64,000 bases of DNA from Phoronis australis (Eukaryota > Animalia > Phoronida). The stretch covers positions 37,673-101,672 of the forward strand of contig NMRA01000740.1 in the NCBI GenBank assembly GCA_002633005.1. The letters are read 5' to 3'. The translations under genes and the position numbers were made by a program. Of the stretch, positions 49,601-61,800 are shown in pieces. Position 1 is the first letter of the stretch; each line of letters begins with the position of its first letter. The notes under the pieces are model-generated. The model worked only from the letters and a program-made list of their open reading frames with translations, had not been told where the DNA came from and did not search any database.

Positions 49601-52600
49601 ATGTTGTTTGGTAATAGCTCCGCCATACAAAATCAAATTTTCCAGAAAAGTCATTTTTGTTCAGAAATTCGACAAAATGAAATTCCCAAACACGAATTTT
49701 ACTGTATGATGTGGACATACTACAACCTTCAATGTCAGGGCTTGGAATGACCAATGACAAAACACGCGGAAACTTTTACGGCCCAAAACATGCGCGCTAC
49801 CCAGCCTTGAAATAGTCGCTGTGAACCTTTCTCCAACAAAAATCGGGAGGACTAAAAAAAAAACTCCCACCCCCACACATTTTTGGCTGCAGAGCCGTAG
49901 TATTTGTCACCACAGTTTACAATCACACGAGACGCCATTGAAAATCCCACCACGCTATCCCAGATGCCCCGGCGATGTTGACAATTTACGTTCCTCCGAA
50001 ACATAAAGAGCAACTTACGCTTTTCAAGGTGCAAGTCGTCGGCAACGCCGTGGTAAGAAAGAAATTTGCCGTGGAAATTTTATATCAAATCCGATTTTTT
50101 TTTACGCGGAAATATAATAAAATGGGCGGACAAAACATTTGAAAAAAGCGGAAATCCGCGTTTCCGCGGAAAATTCCAAGCCTTGCAATGTGCAGATGGA
50201 CTGGCAAATTACCCAAAATCTGGCAAGATTGCAACTTGATGTATTTTGGACTCAAATCTGTTTTGCCGGCAATGCATACTTGCATACAACAACTCAAATG
50301 TCCGTACAAATAACCATGTTTTGCAAATGGTAGATGGGTAAAACATCATGCTCCAACATCGTTTTCCCAGAAAAGTCTACCAATCAACACGCTTTACTAT
50401 TTAGAAGATCGGGCAACATTTCCAATTTAGAGTTTAACAGTAACGTCAGTAAACATTTATTCAAGGTGAAAAAAAACGTTGATTACGCACCTTGCACAAT
50501 AAAAAGTGAATGTGAGTCGTGTCACTAGCTAAGCGTTTAAAAAGACATTTCCAAACATTTTATTGACCAAGACTGCGCCAGGACCTCATGACAAAAGAAA
50601 CGTTCAAGCCATTCCTCCAAAGGCAAGGGGGACGGCACATACAGTAGCAAAACAGATGGCGGTGGGGGGAGGGGGGATTGAAGAGGGCTTTCCAACTGTC
50701 CCTTCAGCAATATATTGGTCATTAAACAATTTAAAAGGACCAGAACCTCAGTGTATAGTACACTGAAGCATGGCAGAATCATTCTGAATAGCACCCGGGA
50801 TGACAGAGAAGAATGCAAACACAAGACTACCCATCAGCCATTCAGGCCCATTCCACAGGTTTCCTCTAGAAGTCCAAGTACTGTCCATTTGACAAAATTA
50901 CAGTGAAATGCACTTAATGCATGTTCATCAGCCAATTTTTCCCATTTGCTTGAATAAACAGCAAAACAATTTCTATCGGGAGGTGCTTCTGCAGGAATAT
51001 TCACCATTCTCAAGCTATGAATCAAGAATGACAAGCCTTGGTATGTGTTGAAACAAGTCGCAAATAAAACACCAGGTTGTATCAAATCAATCATCAAAGT
51101 TGCATTCCACTATGTTTAGAAGTCAGTTTAAAAATATTTGAAGTTCTAAACCGAAGAGTTTCAGCATTTATTTACTTTGTCTAAGTAACCCCCTAACTAG
51201 TGTCAAATGAGTCAGAAAGTTCTAAGCACTACAAAGTTAACGCAAAAGGGCGACATAATATCTGTCAAAAGAATTTTCCTCGTTCCTTTCACGCCTTGTT
51301 CCTAAAATACACACTTAATCTTGTCACAAGAACAAAATGTTTAGACTCAGTAACTAGGTCAACTGGGGTCATCAAGCTTATGTGGTCATTGCTTTGTGGC
51401 GTGACTGAACTTTTTTGAACAGAATTCCTACCACCATTTGTGAAGTTCAGGCCAACTTCAATAAAATCAACAATATTCTTACACATCAGTGGACCTGTTG
51501 AGGGTTTGTATGTTCCTCTTGATCAAAGAAAAAATCCTATCATGGTATGGGAAATTTTGAAACCGACTTTATAAAGAAAAAAGGCCGAATTCTTTTTTTC
51601 ATTTTAGCTGGCTGAACAAGGCAAAACGCAGCATTAAAGATACATGTCACCGCAAGATCATTTTCCCAGATTCCGTGTGACGAACAGTTGCACCAAACGT
51701 CCCTGAAACAAGTACCTGACCTCGCTGGATTAGCTCTGACCATGCCTGATTCCAGCAACTGACCCAGTTGAATCTCTAACCATGCCAACAAGGCAGACAA
51801 GAATGAATCATTGTTACAACACTCACCTCAGATTGGGCCAGTTCATTGTCGTGGTGAGGAAACTTAAGATCATATCCACCTGTGTGTATATCTAGAGAGT
51901 CTCCCAGTACACCACTCGCCATTGCCGAACACTCGATGTGCCAGCCTGGACGACCCTGCAATGAACGAAGCCACACCATTGGACACAAACATGCCATGAT
52001 GTAGATGATAAACTTACATGCCTGGCTGAATATTCAAACTAGCCTAGCACCACATAAACGCAGTTTTGTGAAGCAACAAATTGCAGTCAAACTTTCTTTA
52101 GCCAGCAATGAAATTTATTATAAAGAACATAAAATGCGAAAAACTGTGCTGCTTGGCACGTAAACATATAAGTTAACTAGAAAGTATAATTAGAAAAGTA
52201 TTCATTGTCTGATTAACATTCAGCATTGGGCAAGGTTCCGCAAAAGCTTTCAGATGCTGAATACACTGAGATACCAGGCACCCATCCTCACCTGCGAGTC
52301 CATGACGCTTTTCAAAGTTTGCTTGAAGAAAAATTACAATCAAAATATAACTTAAAAGTTCCAATAATAATGATTAAGAAAAGAGACTAAAAGTAACAAT
52401 CGAATTCTTATCAAGCAAACTTTGAAAATAAGCTTTACTGTCTTCTTTTTGTTTGTATAAGCCTTTCAGACGTACTTTGCGAATGCTGAATACACTGAGA
52501 TACCAAACACACATTCTCACCTTTCCCCACTGTGAGTCCCACGATGGCTCACCAGGCTTGGACGCCTTCCACAGGGCAAAGTCATTGGCACTACGCTTCT

Positions 52601-55600
52601 CATTGAGTCGGTCTTCAGATATACTCAGATCACCTGACATTGAGACAATAAATGTCGTTTGTGTTGGTGGTGAGAAAACTGCATTTAACCTCATTAACAT
52701 TTCTACCTAAGTTCAAACATTCCAGCTTATCAACCAAAACAGCACTAAGTTATAAAATTGAAACCACAAAATGTACCAGATATGCCAATAATATCTAGGC
52801 TGATGCACCTGTGTGAAATAATGCAATTTAAAAAAATATCTTTGCACAAGTGATTTATAAACAGGGACATGTGCCTACGCTCAACTCCAAGAGCGCCCAG
52901 GTATCCTTAAAGCATACGAGCATACATAACTGGCTGTTTTTGTGCGATTTTGCCAATTATCACTACATTCAATGAAAAAAGTGAATAATTGTTAAACTGA
53001 AAACTTTTCGAAAACGTGCTTCTCGGCTTTGTTCCTAGGGCAAATGCGCCTGTTGCTGCTAAATGCAATGGCATGGGCTAAATATGGACTCACAGTAAGC
53101 AAACAACTGAATCAGATTTACACCTTACAACGTTAACATATAGCAAATAGATTCAACTTCTATAGTGAGCATTACCTTCTCCGTCTAACATAGCTTTTGT
53201 GTCACCAAATGCTTCAGGCACTAGCTTGGCGTAGAAGTGTCCGTCTGCTTGACTGAACCGGCCAGTGTCGAAGTAGACTGAACCATGTGACACGTACGCG
53301 TAGCCATTATCAATGATTCTCTGTACATAGTCAATGATCTCCGGCACATACTCACTGACACGTGTCACAACATCGGCTGGCAGCACCTGATGAAGCGATA
53401 GAAGATGACAGCTCAGTGAAGATGGTAGGTACCTCTAACTGGAGACACCAGGAACTAACTACTGGCTAAGTTGTCTGGAACAACTTGGGTAATGGTCTGA
53501 TATAACGTGCCCAAATTTGGAGAACCAGTTTTCTCCACTGATTAACGGGCATCAAAATGTTTCTGAAAATACATGCACGTTATATCCGACTATTGTCACA
53601 ACTTCAATATTTTTGTAGCATCAGAAATTCGAGATTACCTTAGCCAAGGTTTATCAACTCTCAACTAACACCTATGAGCTGAAACCAGAGCGACAAAAAA
53701 TTCGCATTCGTTGCAACAAAAAATCACGTTCGTTACTTCACACGCAGTATACTCTAAGTGAATGCCTCAGAGGAGGGCAGAATCATATATTAAATTTTCT
53801 GAGAGTTGCATGAAGTCCAGATAAGTGAGAGCCTGATATGCACACTAACTGTTTAGAAACACATTTGAGGATTAGAAAACACTCAAGATGTTGCACATGT
53901 ATGAGATACGACTAACTAATTTTAGGGTAAAGTTATTTAGTTTTAAAAAATTGAATACAAGTACTAAATTTTTGGTCTAAAAAACATTGAAATTCCCAAG
54001 CAACATGTTATAATCAGCTAATAATCAAATGATTGACATTTAATTGCTTTCAATGCCATTCATGATTTTCACCATAACTTTGATGACTCTTGGACCTGAC
54101 ACAACCAAACTTCACATCGACTAAAACATCGTTCAATTTCACGGCAAATTCCAAATTTCAAGCAATATGATTGCCCGATTTGCACGCAGAATTTCATATA
54201 AAGTATGGTGGTCTTCAACAAGGTAAAATATATAAACTGCAGCTATTCATCAGTCACTGAAGGTGTGAGCTCAACATTGTAGAGAATAAAGAATAAAGGA
54301 CAGACATAGACACCTCTCTGCATTTGCACCTCTGTCGGTTTCCGCATAATTACACAACTATGGCAAAACAATGTAAATGTAAAATAGAACTTATAACAAA
54401 ATGTTCTCAAAAATATTACTTGTTTTTGTCATTTCCAGTATCTTCGTTAGTAACTAAATGTCATGGTGCTACATTCACGAAGGCGCAATAGGAGATTATT
54501 TTAGCTCTCTGTATGCATTTCACCTACATTCAGTGATTCCATGTCTTGATGAAACTCTGCCTCAAACTGCCGTGGAAGATCTGTGAATATTGAGTTGTCC
54601 ACCACTTCACCACCATGCGATGAATCCAACCAATCACACAACGGATCACAAGCATCGGCAAGAAGTTGCTACAAGACAATGCGCCACAATTTTAGTTAAG
54701 GCCAAGTGTAATATGCCACTCAATTACAACAAACTTTCATTTTCTAGATTTTAGAAATTATGACACACCAGCTCAAACATTTAGTTTAAGCACAAAAAAA
54801 GTATAAATCACAACTTCTGGAAAGCACAGTAAAATAAATTTCCCAACATAATAGATCTGCCCGACTCCTTCTAAATGGGGATCGATGCTTGACTAGCTCA
54901 AATGAAAATTCCGTCGCCATCTGCCAGAGCTAATAGGCAAGGTCCTAGACCCGGAGTCAGACAACTTAAATCGGCCCCCTCCATGTCCATTCAAAGAGGG
55001 GTCCTTGGCTTTAACCCAGGCAGCCTTTCTGACACTTCGCTCAAACCAAGAACTCTCTGTCCAGTACCCAAATGTCCGCTGTCAGTAAGTCATCAACCCT
55101 CAGCAGAAGCAGACAAGCAGCTCCGCAACGTCGGGAAAGTCATTTCAAACTAAGTACGTTTTTTGTTTTGCATCTAATTATTCACCTGCGTGAATGATAA
55201 TGTATATCATCTACTTAATAGTCAAAACGCGAGTCTACAAAAGCTGTTGTCACGTAACATACACCAAACCGTAACACTCAATGACACCAATGCACCCACT
55301 GTGCATGTTTCAACAGTCACCTTGGACCAACATAATACCTCTTTAGCGCTATCAACTAGCGCTCCCTGTTGTGAACTTAAAGTATCTTCTAATTTAGACA
55401 CAGCATCTTCAACCTTGTTCACAATCTTATCCAGCATGTTACGTTTATCTGGGTCTGTTTCTTGTGCCTGTTTGACTAGAAATGGCTGAAAGTAAAACAA
55501 AGACTCAACTCATCAATACATGCTGAGAGAGCAAGATGCAATTACTGCAAGTCAGACACAGCTCATTAGTTTGTACTATCAAGAAGGCCATCAAACACAA

Positions 55601-58568
55601 TACTTCACGTCACATGGTCCAAGTCTTAGAAATAGTTAATAGAAAATGTCTCGTAAATTTGTTAGGAAACGATTCCCACTTTCACAACATATTTTGACAA
55701 ACCTATGCACTCACGCACACGCACTCATGCACACGCACTAACGCACACGCACGCAGAGGCAAATGCAAAGAAACACACACTAGTTACAATCATCTGAAAA
55801 TCACCTGCATAGCTTGCTTGCAGTCTTTAAGTAGCTGGTCAGGTGAGGCAAGCTTACTTTTGTATTGATCCAGTAAATACCTGTGGCGCGCTCTTTTGAT
55901 GATCTACAACAGGATAACACGACATTACGTGCACATTGTACTCAATTTGTCAAAAATACTCTTTTCGTACATGTCACATCACAAATGTCTCAGTTCACAG
56001 ATGCTGGACACAATACACACAACATGCTTCACTCTGCCAATTCGAAACTAAGTTTAACAATGAACATAACTGTGACATGACTCAAAGTATTGCATCAGAA
56101 ACTTCTGTTTTCAAAAATGTTCATCAGTTGAGTCATTCCATTTAAGGTTGACCTAAACTAAAGAGATTCATCCATTCAGAACACATATTAAGTAAATTCT
56201 TTCGACATAGACAAAATAGACAATGGTTACCATTTAATTGGTTGGGAACATGTTTCTATCATGGACAATGACAGCAAATGACAGCAACATGTTTGCTACT
56301 GGCGGATCAGAGAATATATTTGCATCAAAAGGATAGGTAATAAGTGCAAGAAGAGAGACATGGGACAATTTCAACTTGACAAAAGCATGGGACAATTTCA
56401 ACTTGACAAAACCATGGGGCAACTTCAACTTGACAACAGCATACAACCCATTCTTTGCAGTAACCAAATTTCTAGCTCCACCTACTTCGATCATTACATC
56501 ACAGATCCAGTATTCGGCATCGGTTTGAAAATAACCACCGAAGCATGGATGTAAAAAATTAACAGTGTAAGACTTAATCTTCTATGTTTAAAGAATTTTG
56601 CTCCTCATATGCCGACCAAGTTTGTAAAAGGCATCATGGCACACTTCTGAATTGGAACGCTTTGTAAGGCTGCACAATGAGCTGGCAGGCAGCATACCTT
56701 TTGGGCACACAACAAATAGCAAACTCCTGAATTCAAGTTTTCTCTGTTGAAGAGGTAGAAAAATGCAACGTATCATTGAACTTTTATTCAAAATCAAAAG
56801 GTTAAGCCACATCACTTCTGAGATGAGTTGTGCAAGTAACTGCAAATATAATGAACTACACTCAGCGTGTCAATTCTTATCACTATCCCAGGTCTCTTTA
56901 CTGGTATAAGGCAGACAGAAAATTGATTTTGAAGTTTAAATAATGGTCACTGTGATAGACAAATACCTTGACGGTGCTAGAACAAGATTTCAGTCATCTG
57001 AGATGAGAAAGAAGCTTGATATTAGATCAAAGTGAAAAGTTTATGCAAGGCTTCCTACTTTTTAACATTTATCTTGTGAACACTCTACGAACACACCCAT
57101 AGACATCTTTTTATAACTTGCGTTATGAATTTGCGGTTAACGATACCTATACATCAGTTTTAAAGTTTTGTCATTCACTTTGCTTCAATAGTAAATCTCA
57201 GGTAATTCGCAGGGTTATTATGTTAAACAGTGGATGTTCTCTTATCAACAACTCACTTTATCATCGATATCTGTGATGTTTAAACAGTAGAACACATCAT
57301 AGTTAAAGTAGTTCATGAGTACTCGACGCAGGATATCAAATGACATGTAAGAGCGTGCGTGTCCCATATGTGACGCATCATACACAGTCGGACCACAGCT
57401 GTACCACAATACACGGCGACCATTTTGTGGCACAAACACCTCCTGTAAAACAAGCCAGACAACTTTGAAGATATTTGCTTGACACATGAAAATGTGTCAA
57501 AATTTAATTCAATAATTCTAAAATACTGTCTCGTGTGTAATATTTTTTGCTTCCGAATTACACATTTAACAATGAAGTGCAACAGTAATTTGAAAGTGAT
57601 AGCTTTTAACGTAATTTAAAATATTGAGATTTTTGTGCTTTCTTAAAAGCACGATCTGACCAACAGAACAAATCACATAACATGAACTTTTTGACTATGT
57701 AGATAATCTCCAACTTTACAAATAATTAATGATGTAATTGAGACAGTTATGCCAAAAGCAATTATAAGATACAATCTGAATAAAATAAGAATTGTTAAAT
57801 TTACTAAACATATCTCCATCACCTGACGAAGCTAATGATAAGAGAACTAACCTTTTGTCGCGTCAAACTGTTGTATAGCTTCAGCTGCACTACATCACTG
57901 CCAGCAGGGGGCTGCCAGAATGGCTGACAACGACGCTTTACCTTGGAAGAGTCCCCTGCGTGTCCAAATATAACTCGATGAACCTCAGTACAACACAAAT
58001 GGGTCATACCAACTCTTGTTTACCCTCTTACCCTTGATCACATTAAAAACAGAACCATGTTAAAAGATTAAAAATTAATTCTAATTTTATTGTCATAGAA
58101 CACCTGTTATCTCAGCATGACACACTTTTCTCTGCCAGGATGTCTTCGTGGCAGACTGTCACTAATGTCACTTACGCACAACTGGGAAAACGGTTATAAT
58201 GAATAATACGGCAGATACTGGTAGTAAGGACGTCGTTATAAAGTAACCACCCTCCAATGAATGGAAACATTTATCTTTAATAGACCGGATGTTATCATTG
58301 GTAATTGCTGCTACTGACAAAAGCTGGAGGTCCCTCATTTCCACCAGACCACGTCAGAATCATACGTCTGAAAATTGGACACCCCCATGCATAAACAGCT
58401 GATAATAAATTGGTAGTCACGCACGGACCACGTTTTCGAAAGATCTCCTTTGTCGATTTTTTAAGACAAACTACACATGTGCATGATTTGAGAGATCTAT
58501 AGAAAGTACAAAAACTAAAAAAATCTGTTGACAGTTAGACAAGATGACGAGTTACCTTGCTCGGACAT
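40692..58568 (-). CDS. CARS1: Cysteine--tRNA ligase, cytoplasmic (complete, 18 coding exons, ~753 aa)
   Basis: Exons 58556-58568, 57852-57955, 57257-57442, 55805-55903, 55339-55485, 54528-54668, 53176-53386, 52521-52633, 51827-51955, 49240-49473, 48917-49017, 48605-48645, 47117-47265, 45912-45977, 45142-45223, 44017-44165, 43144-43287, 40692-40844; all GT-AG and in frame (2262 nt). Motifs: [18 protein letters not shown] (HIGH-like), [46 protein letters not shown], plus the eukaryotic C-terminal extension. Confidence 0.97.
49736..50185. mobile_element. hAT-like MITE (450 bp) in a CARS1 intron
   Basis: TIRs CAGGGCTTGGAAT / ATTCCAAGCCTTG; 6-bp direct repeat CAATGT on both sides (49730-49735, 50186-50191); subterminal CGCGGAAA repeats. 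Confidence 0.8.
56358..56437. repeat. 27-bp minisatellite x3 in a CARS1 intron
   Basis: CATGGGACAATTTCAACTTGACAAAAG repeated about three times. Confidence 0.8.
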
Positions 58569-58814
58569 CCTGCGGGTGATGAAAGTTATCTAGTCTTAAA
58601 CCCACATAATACGTGATGTTTGAAACATAAGAGACAAAAAAGCGCTATAATTGCATCAAACGACAAGAAAACTTCTTTTAAGTGAAAAATGTTTTAAAAT
58701 GGCTTAAAATGAGGATAGTATACATATAAATTGGAATGATTTTAATAGGCGTTGAGAGTTTATGAAACAGGAAGTGAACTCGGCCTCTTTTTCACGTTCC
58801 CTCCAGCCGCGAGC
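58569..58814. promoter_or_regulatory. Bidirectional promoter region between CARS1 and EIF3M
   Basis: The divergent start codons are 246 bp apart. The gap has an ETS-type ACAGGAAGTG (58767-58776), a YY1-like AAAATGGC (58696-58703) and a TCT/5'TOP-like CCTCTTTTT (58784-58792) just upstream of the EIF3M ATG. Confidence 0.75.
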
Positions 58815-61800
58815 ATGAGTGTGCCGGCTTTCATAGATTTAACTGAAAAAGACCAGGTTAGCTAGTGTCCCTGACTCTTGATGCTAGGTTAACTTATTGT
58901 AAATGTTTGATTTAAACCAGCAGCTCCTTATCTACTCTGTTACTTTGCTTTATATGAATGTTTACAATCGTGAATGTTTCACCTTATGTTCAGTTTGGCA
59001 GGTCTCCCCGACTGTCGTGTCGTGCCTCCTGTCGGCATGGTTGGCAGAAAGGTGCCTCTCAACCATTTGAACGTTTCCGTTTGACCTCAATCGCATTGAC
59101 TGTAATGGCATTCAATCTTTAATATTGTTGCTGGAACGAAGGACTTATTCGAAAAAATTGTTGATAGTGGTGTTTGTTCTCATCCATTCTAGGTAATTGT
59201 TTACAATGACATCGTCAAATTTCTGCTCCCACTATTTCCCGGTTGTGATACCGCCATTCTCAATGGAAGGAGTTGCTGGCAGCCTAAAACTGTACTAATT
59301 TACCAACACCCATATACTGCAGAGCATTGCTCTTCATAAGTTCGAACTGACCGAGACCTGTCAACCCGGGGCCCGAGCTACGGTCCCACGGGTTCGCATT
59401 TTATGGTGAACCTGCTACTCTGCCACTGACAGGAATCACAGGCATCCTCAGCTTCTGATCGTCCCAAATACACTACATATAATACTACAAGGTATAACAC
59501 TTCGGACTAGAAATTCCACGGGTGCTTCACTTTTGTCGTCCATAGCAAACACAAAACTCAATAAATTTACACGAAACAGAGGTTCAACAAACCCTGAAGA
59601 ATTTTTCTTTCTCCCAATACCATTCACGGTGTCCTGTTCCGGCAATTTCCGTACCGTCCTTGACCTCGAGCGGCCCACGGTGAAAGTGTGTGGCGACTTT
59701 TTGTGAACATTTTTGTTCTTTGACTGCGAATTTCTTGCGAAGTCGCCGGAACAGGACACCGTGAATGGTATTGGGAGAAAGAAAAATTCTTCAGGGTTTG
59801 TTGAACCTCTGTTTCGTGTAAATTTATTGAGTTTTGTGTTTGCTATGGACGGCTAAAGTGAAGCACCCGTGGAATTTCTAGTCCGAAGTGTCATACCTTG
59901 TAGTATTATATGTAGTGTATTTGGGACGATCAGAAGCTGAGGATGCCTGTGACAGGAATCTGCAAAAAAAGGTCGTTTTCGAGGTCCAAATTCATGAAAA
60001 TGGTATCAATTTAGAGAATTTTGTGGAAAAGGGGTCAAATGATTACAAAACTAAAAATTCGTGGAAAATGGTAAAATGCTACCATTTGTTATCTCAGGAA
60101 AATTTCATGGGCAAACATTTAGAATCGATGATGCTATTTCATTCATTAGCAAAAGGTGTTGCTGTAATCATGAGTTAACGAACATGGTGGTATCATCTGG
60201 GAATTTGCGAACAGAAATTTGACCACATTTGAGGAAACGCCGGTAGGGGACACATTCTTGTATTTTTGGAATTAAAACAGGAAGCGTATTTGTACGATAC
60301 CAAAATTGTGTGTGTATGTCAATGTTGTGGTATTGTAAACAATTACCTCCATCTACACTTGAAAGGTACATATGGTAGTGTAACTTTGTTTAGCCAGGGT
60401 GAAGCTAGACTGTTCCACCATCTCAAATGGCCTCTGTAGAGACGCTGGCCATTGCCCTACATACTCCGGAAGCTTTTCATGAGAAAAGCATCAAAGTTGT
60501 GTTGTTACAAGTACCTATTGCACATAGAGGGACACCTGAGAAAGCTGTTGATGTCTTGAACTCTTCCCATCTTGAATAAAGACTCCTGCAATCAAATACT
60601 CCCGCAATCAATCTTTTTTTCGAACAGTCATTTGTTCAGTTGACCATATCGGCATCTGGCCATTTTTACACTGCTTGCGCCAGGGGATATTACTTCATAT
60701 CACCTGGCACGAGCAATGTGAGAATGACTTGAATTTTTGTACCAACACTGTCTGAAGATTGTAAGTAAGTGTGCAAAACCCATCAGTGTCCTGTTGTGTT
60801 GCATTGTTAACATCCTCACATCTGTTTGAGGTAAAGATTCCTAATTTAACTACATTATTGTTCTGCATGACTTGTTTTATAGGCTCTAGAGCTGCGTGGC
60901 TACCTAAAGTCACTGGGGTCTGAAATCTCCGAGGAGAACTCTCCAGATGGTCTCTTGTCTGACCTTCACCAGGTCATTGGAGCGATCAGTGTATGCTTTA
61001 CAGATGAGATAGCTTCTGAACACAGTAAGTTTGGGAACGGGGCGAGACTTTGGTGTAAGTGGGTCAGGGTTAGAAAAATGAAACTAGCAACGCACAATGT
61101 TGACGTTGAGTGTTTTACATTTTCAAACACCCAGCTCGATGTTAGAGAATTTGGTGGGGGAATGGCCGTTTCAGGATGTCTGAGCTGACCTTTTACTGGT
61201 AGTAAATCAAATAGTCTATATACACAGTGGTCTTTGTTAAGTCAGCTGCGCATGTAAATCTACTGTGTAGTGAGCTTGCCTGCTTAAATAGGCTAAAAAG
61301 GTCCATGTCTGACAGCAGAAGTTACCATATGCCATCCTGTATGTCAATTTGTTATGAAAACAAATTCCTCTTGTTTTTTTTCATTTTGTTATCCGACATT
61401 CTGGAAAGATGTTTTCTGTTAACTTGGCTGTATATTTTATTGTCGGGAAGCATAGGTCCATTTTCCAGAGACAGAACAATGAGACATACCATTGTTTGGA
61501 CACTTCATAAATCCTAACATGTGTTGACAGCTGATCTGTAGAACACTCAAGAAGTAAATGAGTTTTAATCCTATTCCAAAGGACTAGGTGTTCTGGGCTA
61601 AGAATTTGTGAAGCAATGTAGTGAGTGATTTGTTTCATCGTTATTGTCTGTCACTATGCCTTTGCCCATCTTCATGACAGAGGTCATTATCGTGATCATT
61701 AAGAACTGTGCACTGTTTATGTCTTACAGCCGAGAGTGTCCTGAATAGCTTGATATCGCTCCTTCTCATTATCCCAGCCAGTCGGAGGGAGGAACCTGTC

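Noticed and set aside
59448-60178. ORFs 59448-59759 (-) and 59888-60178 (+) as a transposase or nested gene
   Set aside because: They are short frames within or overlapping the foldback arms, with no transposase motifs.
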